This document shows positions 1-11,859 of a stretch of DNA of 64,000 bases, piece by piece. Source of the stretch: Flaccisagitta enflata (Eukaryota); the NCBI GenBank assembly GCA_965153355.1, contig OZ231126.1, positions 27,652,001 to 27,716,000 on the forward strand, given 5' to 3'. The notes beneath the pieces were generated by a model that was not told the origin of the DNA, made no database searches, and saw nothing but the letters and a program-made list of their open reading frames with translations. A program made the translations under genes and the position numbers. Positions within the stretch are counted from its first letter, which is position 1, and each line of letters opens with the position of its first letter.

Positions 1-1041
1 GATTCGCTTGTCCGCGACTTAAACGGTACTTGATTTTTTTCTTATTGCCAGGGATCTTACCACATTGGAAATGAGAAAAGTTCATAAGCTAGAGCTTGAA
101 AAAGGTTAGCCCGTAGATCTCAACAGTTCAGCTTTTGCTCTGAAGTCAAATTCAACTGCGTGTAAGATAAAATCACTACGGCCAAACGCTAGCTTCTACA
201 ATCCCGGCAACGGCACCGGCGGATAGAGTGTTAAGTTCTGTTTTGGATTTCAAATGAAAATTAGGAGATAAAAGCACCCACGCTTTTTAATATTAAATCA
301 ATTGACACAATGTTTCATACAATATTCTGTTCATGCGCTCAGAGTTAAAGTCCGGGGATGTAAAGGTCAACTTAAGCACAGACAGTCATATTTTTTTTTA
401 ATCTATAGTATTTCATATGTATTATGGTCAATCTTTTTTTCATCGATGTTACTCATAAGGTTTGGCAGATATTTCACTTTTCTTACTAGACCTACTTCCC
501 TACTCGGATGATGACTAAAGTAAAGGGGATTTTTATGAAGCAATTTTCCTTGTCATCATTGCCATCTTATTATGCTGTAGTGAGAGACGCACTAACATTA
601 ACTCACTACGGAAACATTTTTTTTGAGGCGCCAAATGGCGTTTTGCAGATAACTGCATGCAGTCGGATTCACCTTTGGTGTTCTGATGCAATTTATACAT
701 ATCAGCGTATCTCTTTGTCTATTTATTCGTTGGTTTTAGCCAGTCTGTCTTTCTTTCTCAACGCGTAATGATACATTGGAAAGTTAACTCTGACTTGGAA
801 AAAATGTCGGTGGAGATGAGTTTTAGAAAGAAGTCGTAGGATAAGTGTTACCTTTTTTTCCGTCTTTTTATAATAAAAATGTTTAAACAACATCAAAACG
901 AGTAATGCTGAAGACATATGATTTCCACAGTTGTATTCAGCGCCCTCACTTTAGTCAAATTGCTAAAAATGATTTTCGAGCGAGCTTTTTTACCCCCGCT
1001 GATATCGCCGCCTACATAAGCTGATCAAAATAGGATTCGTG

Positions 1042-1185
1042 ATTGGCGGATTTAGGTCAAAGGTGGGATTGAATTTAACATGTTAACTAGTTAATATTAC
1101 GCATAATAACATTCCATCTCCGCTTTTTGTTTTTCCCTTCCCTCTCTTCTACTCCACTCTTCGCTCCGCATTTTTGTAGGTAAGT
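1042..1185 (+). promoter_or_regulatory. Possible promoter and short non-coding first exon
   Basis: Reverse CCAAT box (ATTGG 1042-1046) in a CpG-containing stretch, a pyrimidine-rich tract at ~1110-1170, then a consensus donor AG|GTAAGT at 1180. No linked coding exon identified. Confidence 0.25.
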
Positions 1186-3029
1186 AACTAGTCCTGAAAA
1201 TATTCTTAGATTTGTATTGCGATCAGCTTGACTCAAAGATATTGTCATGTTACGGGGTAGTTTTATTTCCTATTTATCTTGAGTTTGGTCTTTGAAATGA
1301 TATATCCACCCGAAAGATATAAATGGAGAATGAAATAATATATCTGCATGATTACAAGCCATCTGTTTCGGATTTTGATTTTTCGCATGACTTGAAAATA
1401 TATTTCTTTCACGCGTTGGGAGTTAGTGGGTGGTCGCTGCCTGCTCGGGGGAAACATATTTTCTGATAAATTCGTGTGATCCTCTCTTGTTTGTATTTCC
1501 TCTCGAATCGGTTGACGCATTAATGACTACCCCATTTGTTATCAAATCTCGAGTGTTAGATTCCTTTTTCGAGAATTTAAAGCGAGTTTGGACCAAATGA
1601 CGTCTTTTACGACTCGTTGATGGAACACTCCAACAGAGTGCTGGAAGGGTTTTATTATTTGCGGAATTTCCCTGGAAGGAAGCTGGTTTATAGTGAGTTG
1701 TTTCTTCTTGGGGCTAGGTGGGGGTATTATATTTTCGTCCAACAGACGGTAACCGGAATAACATAAGTACTTTTTTTGGACATTGTTTATCTAATGTCTA
1801 TGATTTTTTCTCAGGACATATGCTTATTCTTAGAGATAGAATGTTGGTTGTCAATCTCTTTTAGAAAAATATTTGCAGGTGACACCGCTCAGTTAGCGTT
1901 GTACTGGCTGTTAGTAAATATGTAAGGGTCGGGACGTGATACATGGGTGCTTCACTTAGTAAAAGTTGGTTATTTCTTTTCACCCTCTTTACTTAATATA
2001 TGTAAAGAGTGGTTGATTTTAAGACTTTTATTATTTTTCTTTACTCAAAAATTATTTGTTTCATTTTGGTTGAATTTACATTTTAAGGACCTTATTTGCA
2101 TAATACAGTGGGATGAATCAATAGGGTGACAATTTTTGAAGTATTATTTTTTTCTCTTTATAGAATTGTTTATATACTTTTATAAGTAAGCTGTTTTACA
2201 GTTTATTTGTTCTGATACATTAATCTATTCTCATAAATACCTTTATTTTTAAAACAAATAATTGTCCTTTTAGTGACAAAACTGCACAGGATTTTTGTGG
2301 GAACTTTAAGGCCAAAACAAAAATGGGAGATGAAGGAAATTTAAAAAAAAAATATTTTTCTTGATTTTTGTTCCTCCATATTACTTTAGTAGGGTGAAGG
2401 TACACTCCAAACTTTTGCTATGTGCAGCATCCAAACGTGATGCTTTTGATACGGTTAAGGATATTCGGTATTGAGAGACGGATTTTAACTCGAACTGAGG
2501 CGTCCTCTTGCCCATGATGAGATCTCTTCACTTTTTAAACGGAGATGTTTGAGTTGGCGGAAATCATAATGCTATTAAACTTCATAATGTTTATTCACAC
2601 GGCGATAAGATATGATTAAATGATTTTTTTTTTACTAGTCGGCGTCCAATTATTTTTTCTTGGCAAGGAAATACCCAATTACTCACATAGTAATGACTTT
2701 AACCGCAATCTAAATTATCAGTGAGAGGTTTTCCTAACAGACACTGAGTGATTTATGCTTATCCTTTTATTGTTTTTTTTTTAAAGGATGCCCGAGCGCT
2801 TTAATTGGTAGGGTTTTAACGAGCAATTAAAGATCTTCCACTTAAAGCAACATGATGTTATGTATATAATGCGACCTCTTATAAGAACGCGATGTGAATG
2901 GAAGTAACTACCGTGTTATCCCCTCGAAAGAAGCTTTTTGCTTTGGGCGAAGATGTTTACCCAGATAAAGCTTTTTCATGTGTTACGATGTTATCTCACT
3001 TATCAGAGTCTCACTAAGAGCGAGAGACT

Positions 3030-3032
<3 letters not shown>

Positions 3033-3103
<71 letters not shown>
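3033..3103. repeat. (GA)n microsatellite
   Basis: Pure dinucleotide run. Confidence 0.97.
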
Positions 3104-3107
<4 letters not shown>

Positions 3108-3989
3108 GTTGAGGATAGCAAACATTTTACGCTGTTTGACTAACATTAGAGTCCCCACTTATTTCGCTTTCAATATTCCCTGGCTTAAGTTTTTCCCTCG
3201 CCGTCTTTGATTGGAATATTCATTTTGGTGTTTGGGGCAAAATCAGGAGATTTTGGATCGTGTTTGCAAGTCATTGTTTAAAATGTTTTAATGCGTCGCC
3301 GTTGCTTGGTCCCGCAACAACCTTTTGATTCCATTTTGCGACATCATTGCACTGCGCAGTAGCCAGTGCCCAAACATAGATACTATCTAGAAGAGAGAAT
3401 AGGAGATCATTAAGGAGTAATTTCTGCCCCACTCATCATTTTGTTAACTTTTTGTGGGATTTAAAGATATATACAAATCTGCTCTTATGAAGTCACTTTT
3501 ACAGTTGATCAAATACGAGGCTCCTGGGGCAAATGAATGAGGTCCTCGTAGGACAGCTGTCTAAGCAAAATATCCTTCCTGCCTTCGTACTCTTTTCACA
3601 CAGTTATCATACCGATAAACCACATTATGCAAATGAGATTGTTATCCGACGGAATAGCAGAAGTCAAGACTCTTGATAGATGTCTTTGTCCTTTTGAAAA
3701 GTGGGGACTGTTAAATTTAAACTTGATAATTTACTTAGAAATTCGAATTGCAAAACTTATTTTTAAGAGAGGACCGATGGACTGATGGATAGACTTACGG
3801 ATAGATGGAAAAATCCTCTCATACATAGGATTAGATAGAAAATTACCTCCAAAATTTGCAATTTTTTTTCTCAGGTTATCAAACTTACCAGATTTGGCCC
3901 CTAGCTAACAAAGAAGTCAAAATTCCCATAAATTACGAAATATGTTGTACTATGTTATCCGACACCTCATTTGTTTACTTGAAGGCCCT

Positions 3990-4133
3990 CCCAAGTTACC
4001 AGAAGGATATTCACAATATTTGCTTGAGTAGGTCTTTAGTAGGTCTCAAGTAAGAATTTTTAACTTGAGACTTTCTTCAGACCTACTCAAGCGAGGACAA
4101 TCAATTTCCTCCAGACCTGGTAACCTACTTGGC
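3990..4133. mobile_element. Small palindromic MITE-like element
   Basis: Nested inverted repeats: ccaagttaccag / ctggtaacctacttgg, gcttgagtaggtct / agacctactcaagc, gtctcaagt / acttgagac. Confidence 0.5.
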
Positions 4134-5160
4134 TACGAAGCTCTTTAGTCGTCTTTTCTTTCGGTTTTTGCTTTTCTTCGCGCCAATACCTGCACAATTC
4201 CCGTTGAGAATTTTCCATAAGTGCCTAGCCTCTGCAGGCCCTACATACTCGCACTGCTGCCTTGTATGTATACGAGCACATTCTCACGACAAACAGCCTT
4301 GAACCTTGCTTTGTTCCCGCTTCTGTACATTACTTTCATTGCAAAAGAAGAGCTGCAAGACACGATGTACTGCAACCCGCCGCCACTTGAAACCTACACC
4401 TATCACATCTTAATTACTCCTAACCACCATCAACACGATTCGCAGTTTTGATGGAATGGAAGCACGCTCCTTGGAATTGGACCTATTTCACTGCTCTCGC
4501 TGTTGTCACGGATTCGATCCCTTTCTGGTCTCTTGGTTAACTAGGTTGACTTAAGGATTGTAAAGGGGATTTAACGAGATTTAGTTTTCGAGAATGGTTT
4601 CTTTTTTCCTCGGCATCACCTCGCCTCAATCTCATCGTAAACCACTTTACATAATGTCTCCATTTTCATCTTCACTTTTGCGCCTCGAGGTTGATCGCAT
4701 CCACTCGCTTTTGCCTTACTTAAATTAGTTGATCGGCTCCTTGATTCTTCAAAGCTTAGGAATCTGTCTTGAAAGAACTCGGCCTTTCCGCTGACAAGAA
4801 TTGCACGGAGCGAGTACCAGTTACATGTAGAACATACAGACTGATCAAAACATATGGCTACCTCATTGAAAAGAAAAATTAATGTGCTTCTAAAAGTAAA
4901 AGTTACGAAGTTAGCAAAGCTTGGTCCTGAAATGTGGAATGCCAACAAGTCGTTTCTGGTTTCATTTCAAAATGTAAACATTCTCAAGATTTTGGCCTGT
5001 TCCTATCTCCGACACTCGAGAGAAGGTCGCCCATTCATTTTATCGCCTGATAGCGATACAGTGGGATCCTGGCATTATGTTCATCGTCATGATAGGCTTT
5101 AACAAAAAAATTGATATATATGATGTTGGCAGTCTTTCAACTAAAGGGATTTCAAAATTA

Positions 5161-5735
5161 TTTTTGTCCCCGACGAACAGTTTTCGTCGGTGACTATGAA
5201 GTAGCAGTGATGTGTAGTCTGTCTGTTTGTCTGTCTGTTTGTCTGTTTAAAACCCTTGATATTTTTGGAACCAGACTTCAGAATTTTATGAAACTTTGCT
5301 GGTGTTGTTTATAGGTCAATAGGAGCTTGTGCACCAATTTTCAAAAAAATTCATTAACTTTTACTACCCTTTGCCTATTATTTTTGTAGTAATATTTTAT
5401 TGGACTTAGGCAATTTACATAGGTAGAGGGTAGTAAAAGTTAATGAATTTTTTTATAATTTGGTATACAAGTAGAGGGTAGTAAATAAACAACCCCTGCA
5501 AAATTCGAATTAAATCTGAAGTCAGGTTCATGAGATATTAGCTAATTTATGTAGTAATATGTTACTGGGACTTAGGCAATTTTCATAGGCAAAGGGTAGT
5601 AAAGTTAAGTGAATTTTTTTATTACTTGGTAATCAGGTAAATAATGTCAATTAAACAGCTCCTGCAAAATTCGATTTAAATCTGAAGTCTGGTTTATGAG
5701 ATATAAACTTATTTATGTAGTAATATATTACTGCT
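5161..5735 (+). mobile_element. HINE/DINE-like element 5' part with ~166-bp central repeats
   Basis: T-run, hairpin ccgacgaa-cagtt-ttcgtcgg, (GTCT/GTTT)n microsatellite, then units (ggacttaggcaattt at 5402 and 5568, 166 bp apart) and an inverted partial copy at ~5270-5390. Confidence 0.6.
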
Positions 5736-5974
5736 GTGAGAGTGGGTGAATTGTTCATTGAGGAGATTCGCACTTTTCTCATTTGCATATTGCGGTTGAC
5801 CATTTATTTGTTCAAAGATTTTTGTGTGATGCATTTATTAGGTAAATATTATGCTACATTCACTCATGTTGTTGTTCAGCTTTACAGCAATTTCATTATT
5901 ATGATTTAAATGATAAATAATTACTTATTTAGTTACTTGTAATTCCCAGCGCTGAACAACTTATAGTATTCAGA

Positions 5975-8900
5975 AGATTTGCTCTGGTCAAAGTTCACCT
6001 GCATGGTTTAAACGTATGCACAAAGTTGGGCAACTGGCTCCTGTCTTTTCTCTCTGCTAACAGTGATGTGGTGGCTCTGGCATTACAGGAAACTCATTGT
6101 CAGTGCATGCAGGATTTCTGTCAGGCTTTTCGTGATATTGCTGAACGTTATACTGTGATATGTTCTCCGCCAGATTTGGACGACTCATATGCGGGTGTGG
6201 CCTTGGTGATCTCACGGGAGTATGAGGTTGAGGCGGAGCGGGTCATGCTTGGTGGCAGAGTCCTGGCTGTTAGAGTCAGGAGTCTGGTGTATGGGTCAAT
6301 TTTCGACCTGGTGGTGGTGTATGGCTACCCTGCGGGTCGCCAGGAATGGTTGGGTGAGATGGAAGGGGCCGTGGATAGCATGGTCCCGACGGTAGTTATG
6401 GGGGATTTTAACTTTGTGACGGACCCAAGGGACAGGGACACTGAGCTGATGAATGTATGATGTGAGACAGACAAGGGGCGAAGTTGGGGACGATCATTAG
6501 TGGACTTGAACTTTCTGACCCGTACAGACTCTTACATCCAGATGATAGGGGGTATTCCTTCATGGGCCATGCAAGGAGTAGGATAGATAGGTTTTACGTA
6601 AGTGGTGAGCTAGAGGGGAGGGTTAAAGAGGTGCCAGTACCTGCGAGTACTGGGAGAAGAAGGAGGGCACAGGTTAGGTGAGTTAGAGATCAATGAGCAG
6701 ATAGAGGTAGGGAGGGGATATTGGAAGTTCAATGCAAGCCTGTTGAAAGACTGGTCTTTCGTTGAACTAGTACGGGGTAGAATCAGGGAGGTCAAACAGG
6801 ACAAAGAGTGGCAGGAATGGCAGGACCCAGGACAGTGGTGGGACCACTTCAAGTTCTCCCTAAAAACGGAAGCGGTGCAGTACAGTAAGGAGAAAGAGTC
6901 TAAGAGGAGGTGGTATGTGTCGGCTTTGATGCGTGAAAAGGAGGAGTTGGAGACTAGGGTGATGTACGGCCTAGAGGAGGAGCAGGCGAGGGAGGAATTG
7001 AAGAGGATCTACCACTTGTTAGAAAAGGAGGAGGCAAGGAGGGCCGAGGGGTGCAGGGTAAGGGCAAGGGTGCCGAATTTTGAAGGGAAAGAGCCCGGGA
7101 TTGCGTATATCAGCAGGATGGAGAAATCAGTTTCAGGTAGGAACCTGATATACGCATTGAAAGACAGCCAGGGGAGAGTTAGATATGGCACTGAAGGAGT
7201 ACTAAACATAGCGCACAAATTTTATACGGACCTTTTTACTAGTCAGGGTGACGATGACCAAGCACGCGACGAGGCCTTGGGCTCATTGACAAGGACACTA
7301 TCGGACACCTCCCGTGAACGGTGTGATGCGGTGGTGACTGTGCGAGAGCTCGGGGAGTCTCTCAGAACCCTCCAAAATGGAAAGTCGCCTGGTTCAGACG
7401 GCTTTCCTGCTGAATTTTGGAAGGTGTTCTGGGGTGACGTGTGCGACTTGTTCAAAATGGTGGTGGATCATATCTACAGCAGTGGTCGGCTGACTGAGTC
7501 TATGGCTGGGGCTATTATAAGGTTGCTCTATAAAAAGGGTGACCGGTTGGATGTTCGAAATTACCGGCCCATATCCTTAGTCAATGCCGACTATAAGATT
7601 ATCAGCAAAACTATTGCGAGACGCATGGCAGCCGTTTTGCCTGAGCTGATACATGAGGATCAAACCTGTGTGCCTGGGCGTCACATCGGCGACAACATCC
7701 ACATATTGAGGGATGTTGTCGAGTATTGTGACGGCACTGGCACCGAAGGTGCCGTGCTGTTTCTTGATCAAGAGCAGTGCTTTGACCGGGTGGAACATGG
7801 GTTTATGCTCCGGGTTATGGCTAAGATGGGATATGGGGATGATTTTGTCAAATGGGTTAGGATCTTTTATAGTGGGGTCTACAGCAGGGTCCTGGTTAAT
7901 GGGGAGATGAGTGATTTGGTACAAATTGGGAGGGGAAACCGGCAGGGGGATTCTCCGTCCAGCCACATTTATGTTATGGTGGCCGAGGTTATGGCAAGTC
8001 AGATAAGGAGGAACTCCAACATCAGAGGGATTACAGTTGCAGGGACGGAGAAGAAGGTAGGTGGGTATGCCGATGACACGCAAGTTTTCGTGTCAACGGT
8101 GGGGTCAATGGGTGCCCTCTTGAGCGAGGTACGTCTCTTTGAGCGTGCCTCGGGGTCCAGATTGAATCAGCAGAAGACAGAGGGGTTATGGCTAGGTAGG
8201 TGGAGAGGCAGAGGAGACAAACCTTATGGCTTCACCTGGAAAAGCACTCGCATTAAAGTGCTGGGGGTATGGATTGGGGACCCTACTGCTGCGGCTGCGA
8301 ATTTTGAGGAGCATTATGTCTCCATCTTGGCCAAATTAAGGGCGTGGCGTTGTCGTCCACTGTCCGAGCTTGGCAAGGTCAAGGTGGCGAACATGTTTCT
8401 CTATTCTAGGCTGTGGTATAGGACCGCAATCTTTCCCCCCTTGCCCGATATTGCCGGCGCCATAGGGTACCAGGAGGTAGAAAGACAGGTGGCGGCTTGG
8501 GTCTTTAGAGGTAGACCGGAGGTGTCGGCGGCAAGGCTAAGGGACTCATACGGCTTAGGAGGTGCCCAACTGGCGGACGTTAGGGACAAGGTGAGGGCCC
8601 AGAGAGTAGCATGGCTGGCCAAACTCCTGGCAATGCCATGGGATTCCTTTCCCAGGCTATTGGCAGGAGAATTGATTGGCTGTCATGCTGCTGGCTACCA
8701 TGGGCTAGAGGTCCTCCAGGCAGACTTGGGACAGCTGAAGCTGCGCTCAAGAACTGCAGGGAGTACCATGGCCCCTGGTGGTTTTTACTGGGAGGCAATA
8801 AAAGCTTGGTCCATGCTAACCATTAGGGCACAAGGTGGGTTGGGTAAGCTAGGACATGACCACATCTTTCATAACCACATGATAACCAATGAGGCAGGCC

Positions 8901-9796
8901 TCCCTTTAACACCCAAACCCTGGATGACCCGCAAGGGCATCCTAAGAGTGGGGACAGCGCAAAGTCTTTCAGGCCTGGGACTTAAAAGGGAGCAATGGTT
9001 TGAACTGGTGTACCTCAGACAAAGAATCCCCCCTGTCCCTCTGAGTGACAGACCCCACTACATTCTGTCAGGTCCAGCTGGTGATAAAGATGTGAGGTTG
9101 GCCTCTTATAAAGAGCTCTACCTCAGCTTTAGAGCCAAGGTGGACAATCCTAGACATTTTGAAGAAAAGTGGGAGCAGGCACTAGGAGTGACAGTGACAT
9201 GGATGGATATTTGGAAGAGAGTACACGAGTCAAATTGTTCTTTCAAAGTGAGATCCCAAGTCTGGAGGCAACTTAACCTGAATTTTTGGACTGCATACAT
9301 GGACTATGCCTATATTGCCAGAGGGGATGGGACTTGTTCGTTGTGTGGGCAATGGGCCAGGAGGAGGTGGCACGTGGTCACGGAGTGTGCGATAGTTAAG
9401 GAGTTGTGGAGAAAGCTAGGTGTAGAGATTGAGACGCTGGGAGGAGAGAGAACGGTGGAAGTGGTAGAAATGGCCCTGGGCAGGGAGGGAAGGGATAGGG
9501 GGACTGTCTTACGTAACAGACTGGGTTTTACCCTCCGATCAGCGGTGATGTCCCTTAGAGCTGTGAGAGCAGGAGGCTTTGGAGAAACTGTGGATCGGAT
9601 CTGGTCCCACTTTCTCCATAGTCTCAAGAAGGAGTTGGTGGAAGAGTGGTACACTGCGAGACTCGAGGGAAGTGTGGCATTATTCGAGTCTCGCGTCCTG
9701 GTGGCCGGCTTGCTGGGTCGGTTGGAGGGGGGCACCGTTATATGGTGTGGATTAGCAGAGGGGGTGGGATATCGGTATTGGGATCTCTTTGATTGA
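5975..9796 (+). mobile_element. Tx1/L1-clade non-LTR retrotransposon ORF2 (APE endonuclease + RT + CCHC), 5'-truncated, frameshifted in the endonuclease
   Basis: EN motifs LQETH, GVA, GDFN, SRIDRF, GYWKFNASLL spread over ORFs 6026-6460, 6484-6681 and the frame leading into 6743. RT motifs KSPGSDG, NYRPISLVNADYKIISK, FLDQEQCFDRV, RQGDSPS, YADD (8066). C-terminal CSLC-x8-H-x4-C. No ORF1. Frameshifts near 6455-6480 and ~6635. Confidence 0.95.
6743..9796 (+). CDS. Uninterrupted 1017-codon RT/zinc-knuckle part of the LINE ORF2 (not an independent gene)
   Basis: Long open frame with all RT motifs; its upstream continuation is broken by frameshifts. Confidence 0.9.
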   Translation: MKDWSFVELVRGRIREVKQDKEWQEWQDPGQWWDHFKFSLKTEAVQYSKEKESKRRWYVSALMREKEELETRVMYGLEEEQAREELKRIYHLLEKEEARRAEGCRVRARVPNFEGKEPGIAYISRMEKSVSGRNLIYALKDSQGRVRYGTEGVLNIAHKFYTDLFTSQGDDDQARDEALGSLTRTLSDTSRERCDAVVTVRELGESLRTLQNGKSPGSDGFPAEFWKVFWGDVCDLFKMVVDHIYSSGRLTESMAGAIIRLLYKKGDRLDVRNYRPISLVNADYKIISKTIARRMAAVLPELIHEDQTCVPGRHIGDNIHILRDVVEYCDGTGTEGAVLFLDQEQCFDRVEHGFMLRVMAKMGYGDDFVKWVRIFYSGVYSRVLVNGEMSDLVQIGRGNRQGDSPSSHIYVMVAEVMASQIRRNSNIRGITVAGTEKKVGGYADDTQVFVSTVGSMGALLSEVRLFERASGSRLNQQKTEGLWLGRWRGRGDKPYGFTWKSTRIKVLGVWIGDPTAAAANFEEHYVSILAKLRAWRCRPLSELGKVKVANMFLYSRLWYRTAIFPPLPDIAGAIGYQEVERQVAAWVFRGRPEVSAARLRDSYGLGGAQLADVRDKVRAQRVAWLAKLLAMPWDSFPRLLAGELIGCHAAGYHGLEVLQADLGQLKLRSRTAGSTMAPGGFYWEAIKAWSMLTIRAQGGLGKLGHDHIFHNHMITNEAGLPLTPKPWMTRKGILRVGTAQSLSGLGLKREQWFELVYLRQRIPPVPLSDRPHYILSGPAGDKDVRLASYKELYLSFRAKVDNPRHFEEKWEQALGVTVTWMDIWKRVHESNCSFKVRSQVWRQLNLNFWTAYMDYAYIARGDGTCSLCGQWARRRWHVVTECAIVKELWRKLGVEIETLGGERTVEVVEMALGREGRDRGTVLRNRLGFTLRSAVMSLRAVRAGGFGETVDRIWSHFLHSLKKELVEEWYTARLEGSVALFESRVLVAGLLGRLEGGTVIWCGLAEGVGYRYWDLFD

Positions 9797-9922
9797 TCGC
9801 AATGCCCCCCACCGCCTTTGGTAATCTTCCCCCGCCGGCTGTCCCTGTTGTGATATTGGGCCCTTTGGCCTTCCCCCTGGGCATTTTTGCCCCTTGTGCC
9901 TTTTGGCTTTTTTGCCCTGCCC

Positions 9923-10764
9923 TTTTTGGGCAGCGGCCCCAAAGGGCCGATGTCCTGTAGGACACAGGGGTGAATTTCCTTACGTCCGTCCGTACGTCCG
10001 TCCGTCCGTCCGTACGTCCGTACGTCCCCCTCCGAAGCTTCTTAAGCCTCTCAGGCCTCAAATCCAGCCTCTCAGGCCTCAAATCCGGCCTCTCAAGCCT
10101 CAAATCTGGCCTCTCAGGCCTCAAATCTAGCCTTTCAGGCCTCAAATCCAGCCTCTCAGGCCTCAAATCAGGCCTCTCAGGCCTCAAATCTGGCCTCTCA
10201 GGCCTCAAATCTAGCCTTTCAGGCCTCAAACCCAGCCTCTCAGGCCTCAAATCTGGCCTCTCAGGCCTCAAATCTGGCCTCCCAGGCCTCAAATCTAGCC
10301 TTTCAGGCCTCAAATCCAGCCTCTCAGGCCTCAAATCCAGCCTCTCAGGCCTCAAATCTGGCCTCTCAGGCCTCAAATCTGGCCTCTCAAGCCTCAAATC
10401 CAGCCTTTCAGGCCTCAAATCCAGCCTCACAGGCCTCAAATCCCACCTCTCAAGCCTCAAATCCAGCCTCTTGGGCCTCAAATCCAGCCTCTTGGGCCTC
10501 AAATCCAGCCTCTTAGGCCTCAAATTCCCATTGAATAACATGGCAAATTGAAAAGAAACTAAAAAAAATGCAAAATTCCCAATGAATATCACGGAAAATT
10601 ACCCCAAATATGCCCTCTCAGGACGTATGGAAATTCACCCCTGTGTCCTACAGGACATCGGCCCTTTGGGGCCGCTGCCCTGCTCTCACTCCACTTCTTC
10701 AGTTAATCACTTCAAGCAGGGCATCGGGTACCGCTGACCATGTGCAATCCTTGGATGACTTGTT
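9923..10764 (+). mobile_element. Family-2 (type A) Helentron-like non-autonomous element with long subterminal inverted repeats and a 21-bp minisatellite
   Basis: 5' tttttgggcagcggccccaaagggccgatgtcctgtaggacacaggggtgaatttcc; exact reverse complement at ~10629-10680; (GTCC)-type microsatellite; asymmetric 3' tail ending gacttgtt; inserted in a T-run with no TSD. Confidence 0.85.
10045..10525. repeat. 21-bp minisatellite (ggcctcaaatccagcctctca)n
   Basis: More than 20 near-identical tandem units; source of the spurious RPERLDL and SGLKSSL ORFs. Confidence 0.95.
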
Positions 10765-11633
10765 GGTTCTTTTTTTGTTGTGTTGGGCCCTTTGGGCCCT
10801 TTTTGGGTCCCTCTGGCCCTCCCTGGGCACTTTTGCCCCTTGTGCCTTGTGGTTTTGCTTGTCCTGCCTTTTTTGGCCTTTTTTGTTGTGCTGGGGTTTT
10901 TTGGGCTCTCACTGGGGCCCTTTGGTCCTCCCCTGGGTGTCTTTGCCCCTTTGTGCGTTTTGGCTGTGTGTTCGCTGCTCCCTTTGGGTCTTTTTGTTGG
11001 TTTGGGGCCGTTTGGGCTCTCCCTGGGGCCTCTTGGCCCCCCTCTGGGCATCTCTGCCCCTTGTGCCTTGTGGCTTTGGTTGTTCCGCCCTCCTGGGTCC
11101 TTGTGGTCTTTTTGTGTTGCTGTTGGGTCCTTTTTTTGGGCTCCTTGGCTCTGTGCTCTGCTTTCTCTTGTGCCGTTTGGCTCTGCTTTTTTTTGGCTCT
11201 TTGCCCTTCCGGTTTGTGGCCTCATGGCCGCCTGTTTTTTTGTGCTTGTGATATAGGGGCCCGCCTTTGGGCCTTCTGTGCTTTTGCTCTCTCTTTTCTT
11301 TTTTGCCTCGGTCCGTCCCTGTGCCTGCTCTTGCTTGTTGTCATGAGAGGCCTTTGTATCATAAGGGCCTTGCTGGAGTGTGGACGTGGGGCAAAATGGG
11401 GGCTTGGTCGCCTCCTGGTGTGCTTTGTGCCCCTTCTGGGTTTTTATTATGGCGGGGCCTGTCTGGCAGGGGGCCCTTGGTGTCTCGGACTGGGTCACAA
11501 TGTGGCCCTGCTGCTTTGGCTTCGGGGGCCGTTCTGCCCCCTGTGTTTGGGCTTTTTGGCGCCTGGCTGTTGGGGGTTGACATGACCGCCGCCGTGGCTC
11601 CTTTCTTTACATTATTTGTACTGAATTTTATTA

Positions 11634-11780
11634 AATCTCCACCTCTGTCTACCGACAGAGACACGGGGATGCATATGATATCGATACCTATGGTTACATT
11701 TTTATTTACTGAATCTCCATCTCTGTCTACCGACAAAGATACGGGGATACATATGATCTCGCTACCTATAGTTACGGTCC
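11634..11780. repeat. 78-bp tandem duplication
   Basis: aatctcca(c/t)ctctgtctaccgaca at 11634 and 11712. Confidence 0.85.
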
Positions 11781-11859
11781 AGCATGACTTCTCTCTTGTG
11801 TTGTCTTCTAGATTTTATATCTTACCGGGTTTTTGCCTTCCAGTTGATTAATTATTATC

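Larger units (their letters stand above)
9797..11635 (+). other. Probable LINE 3' UTR, strongly A-depleted with degenerate internal repeats, interrupted by element 9923-10764
   Basis: The same G/C/T-rich motifs (cctgggc...gccccttgtgcct) occur on both sides of the insertion; ends near ATTAAA at ~11630. Confidence 0.6.

Noticed and set aside
4190-4790. Exon-like minus-strand segments (GKAEFFQDRF...YDEIEAR; ECARIHTRQQCEYVG...)
   Set aside because: Plausible splice sites, but I could not build a phase-consistent, stop-free chain or recognise a domain.
9738-10592. 284-aa (RPERLDL)n and 193-aa (SGLKSSL)n ORFs resembling heptad-repeat proteins
   Set aside because: Translations of the 21-bp minisatellite inside a dispersed element; other copies have stops and frameshifts.
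10610-11851. Several overlapping 125-280-aa ORFs on both strands
   Set aside because: Explained by low-complexity, A-depleted sequence with few stop codons; no recognisable domain.
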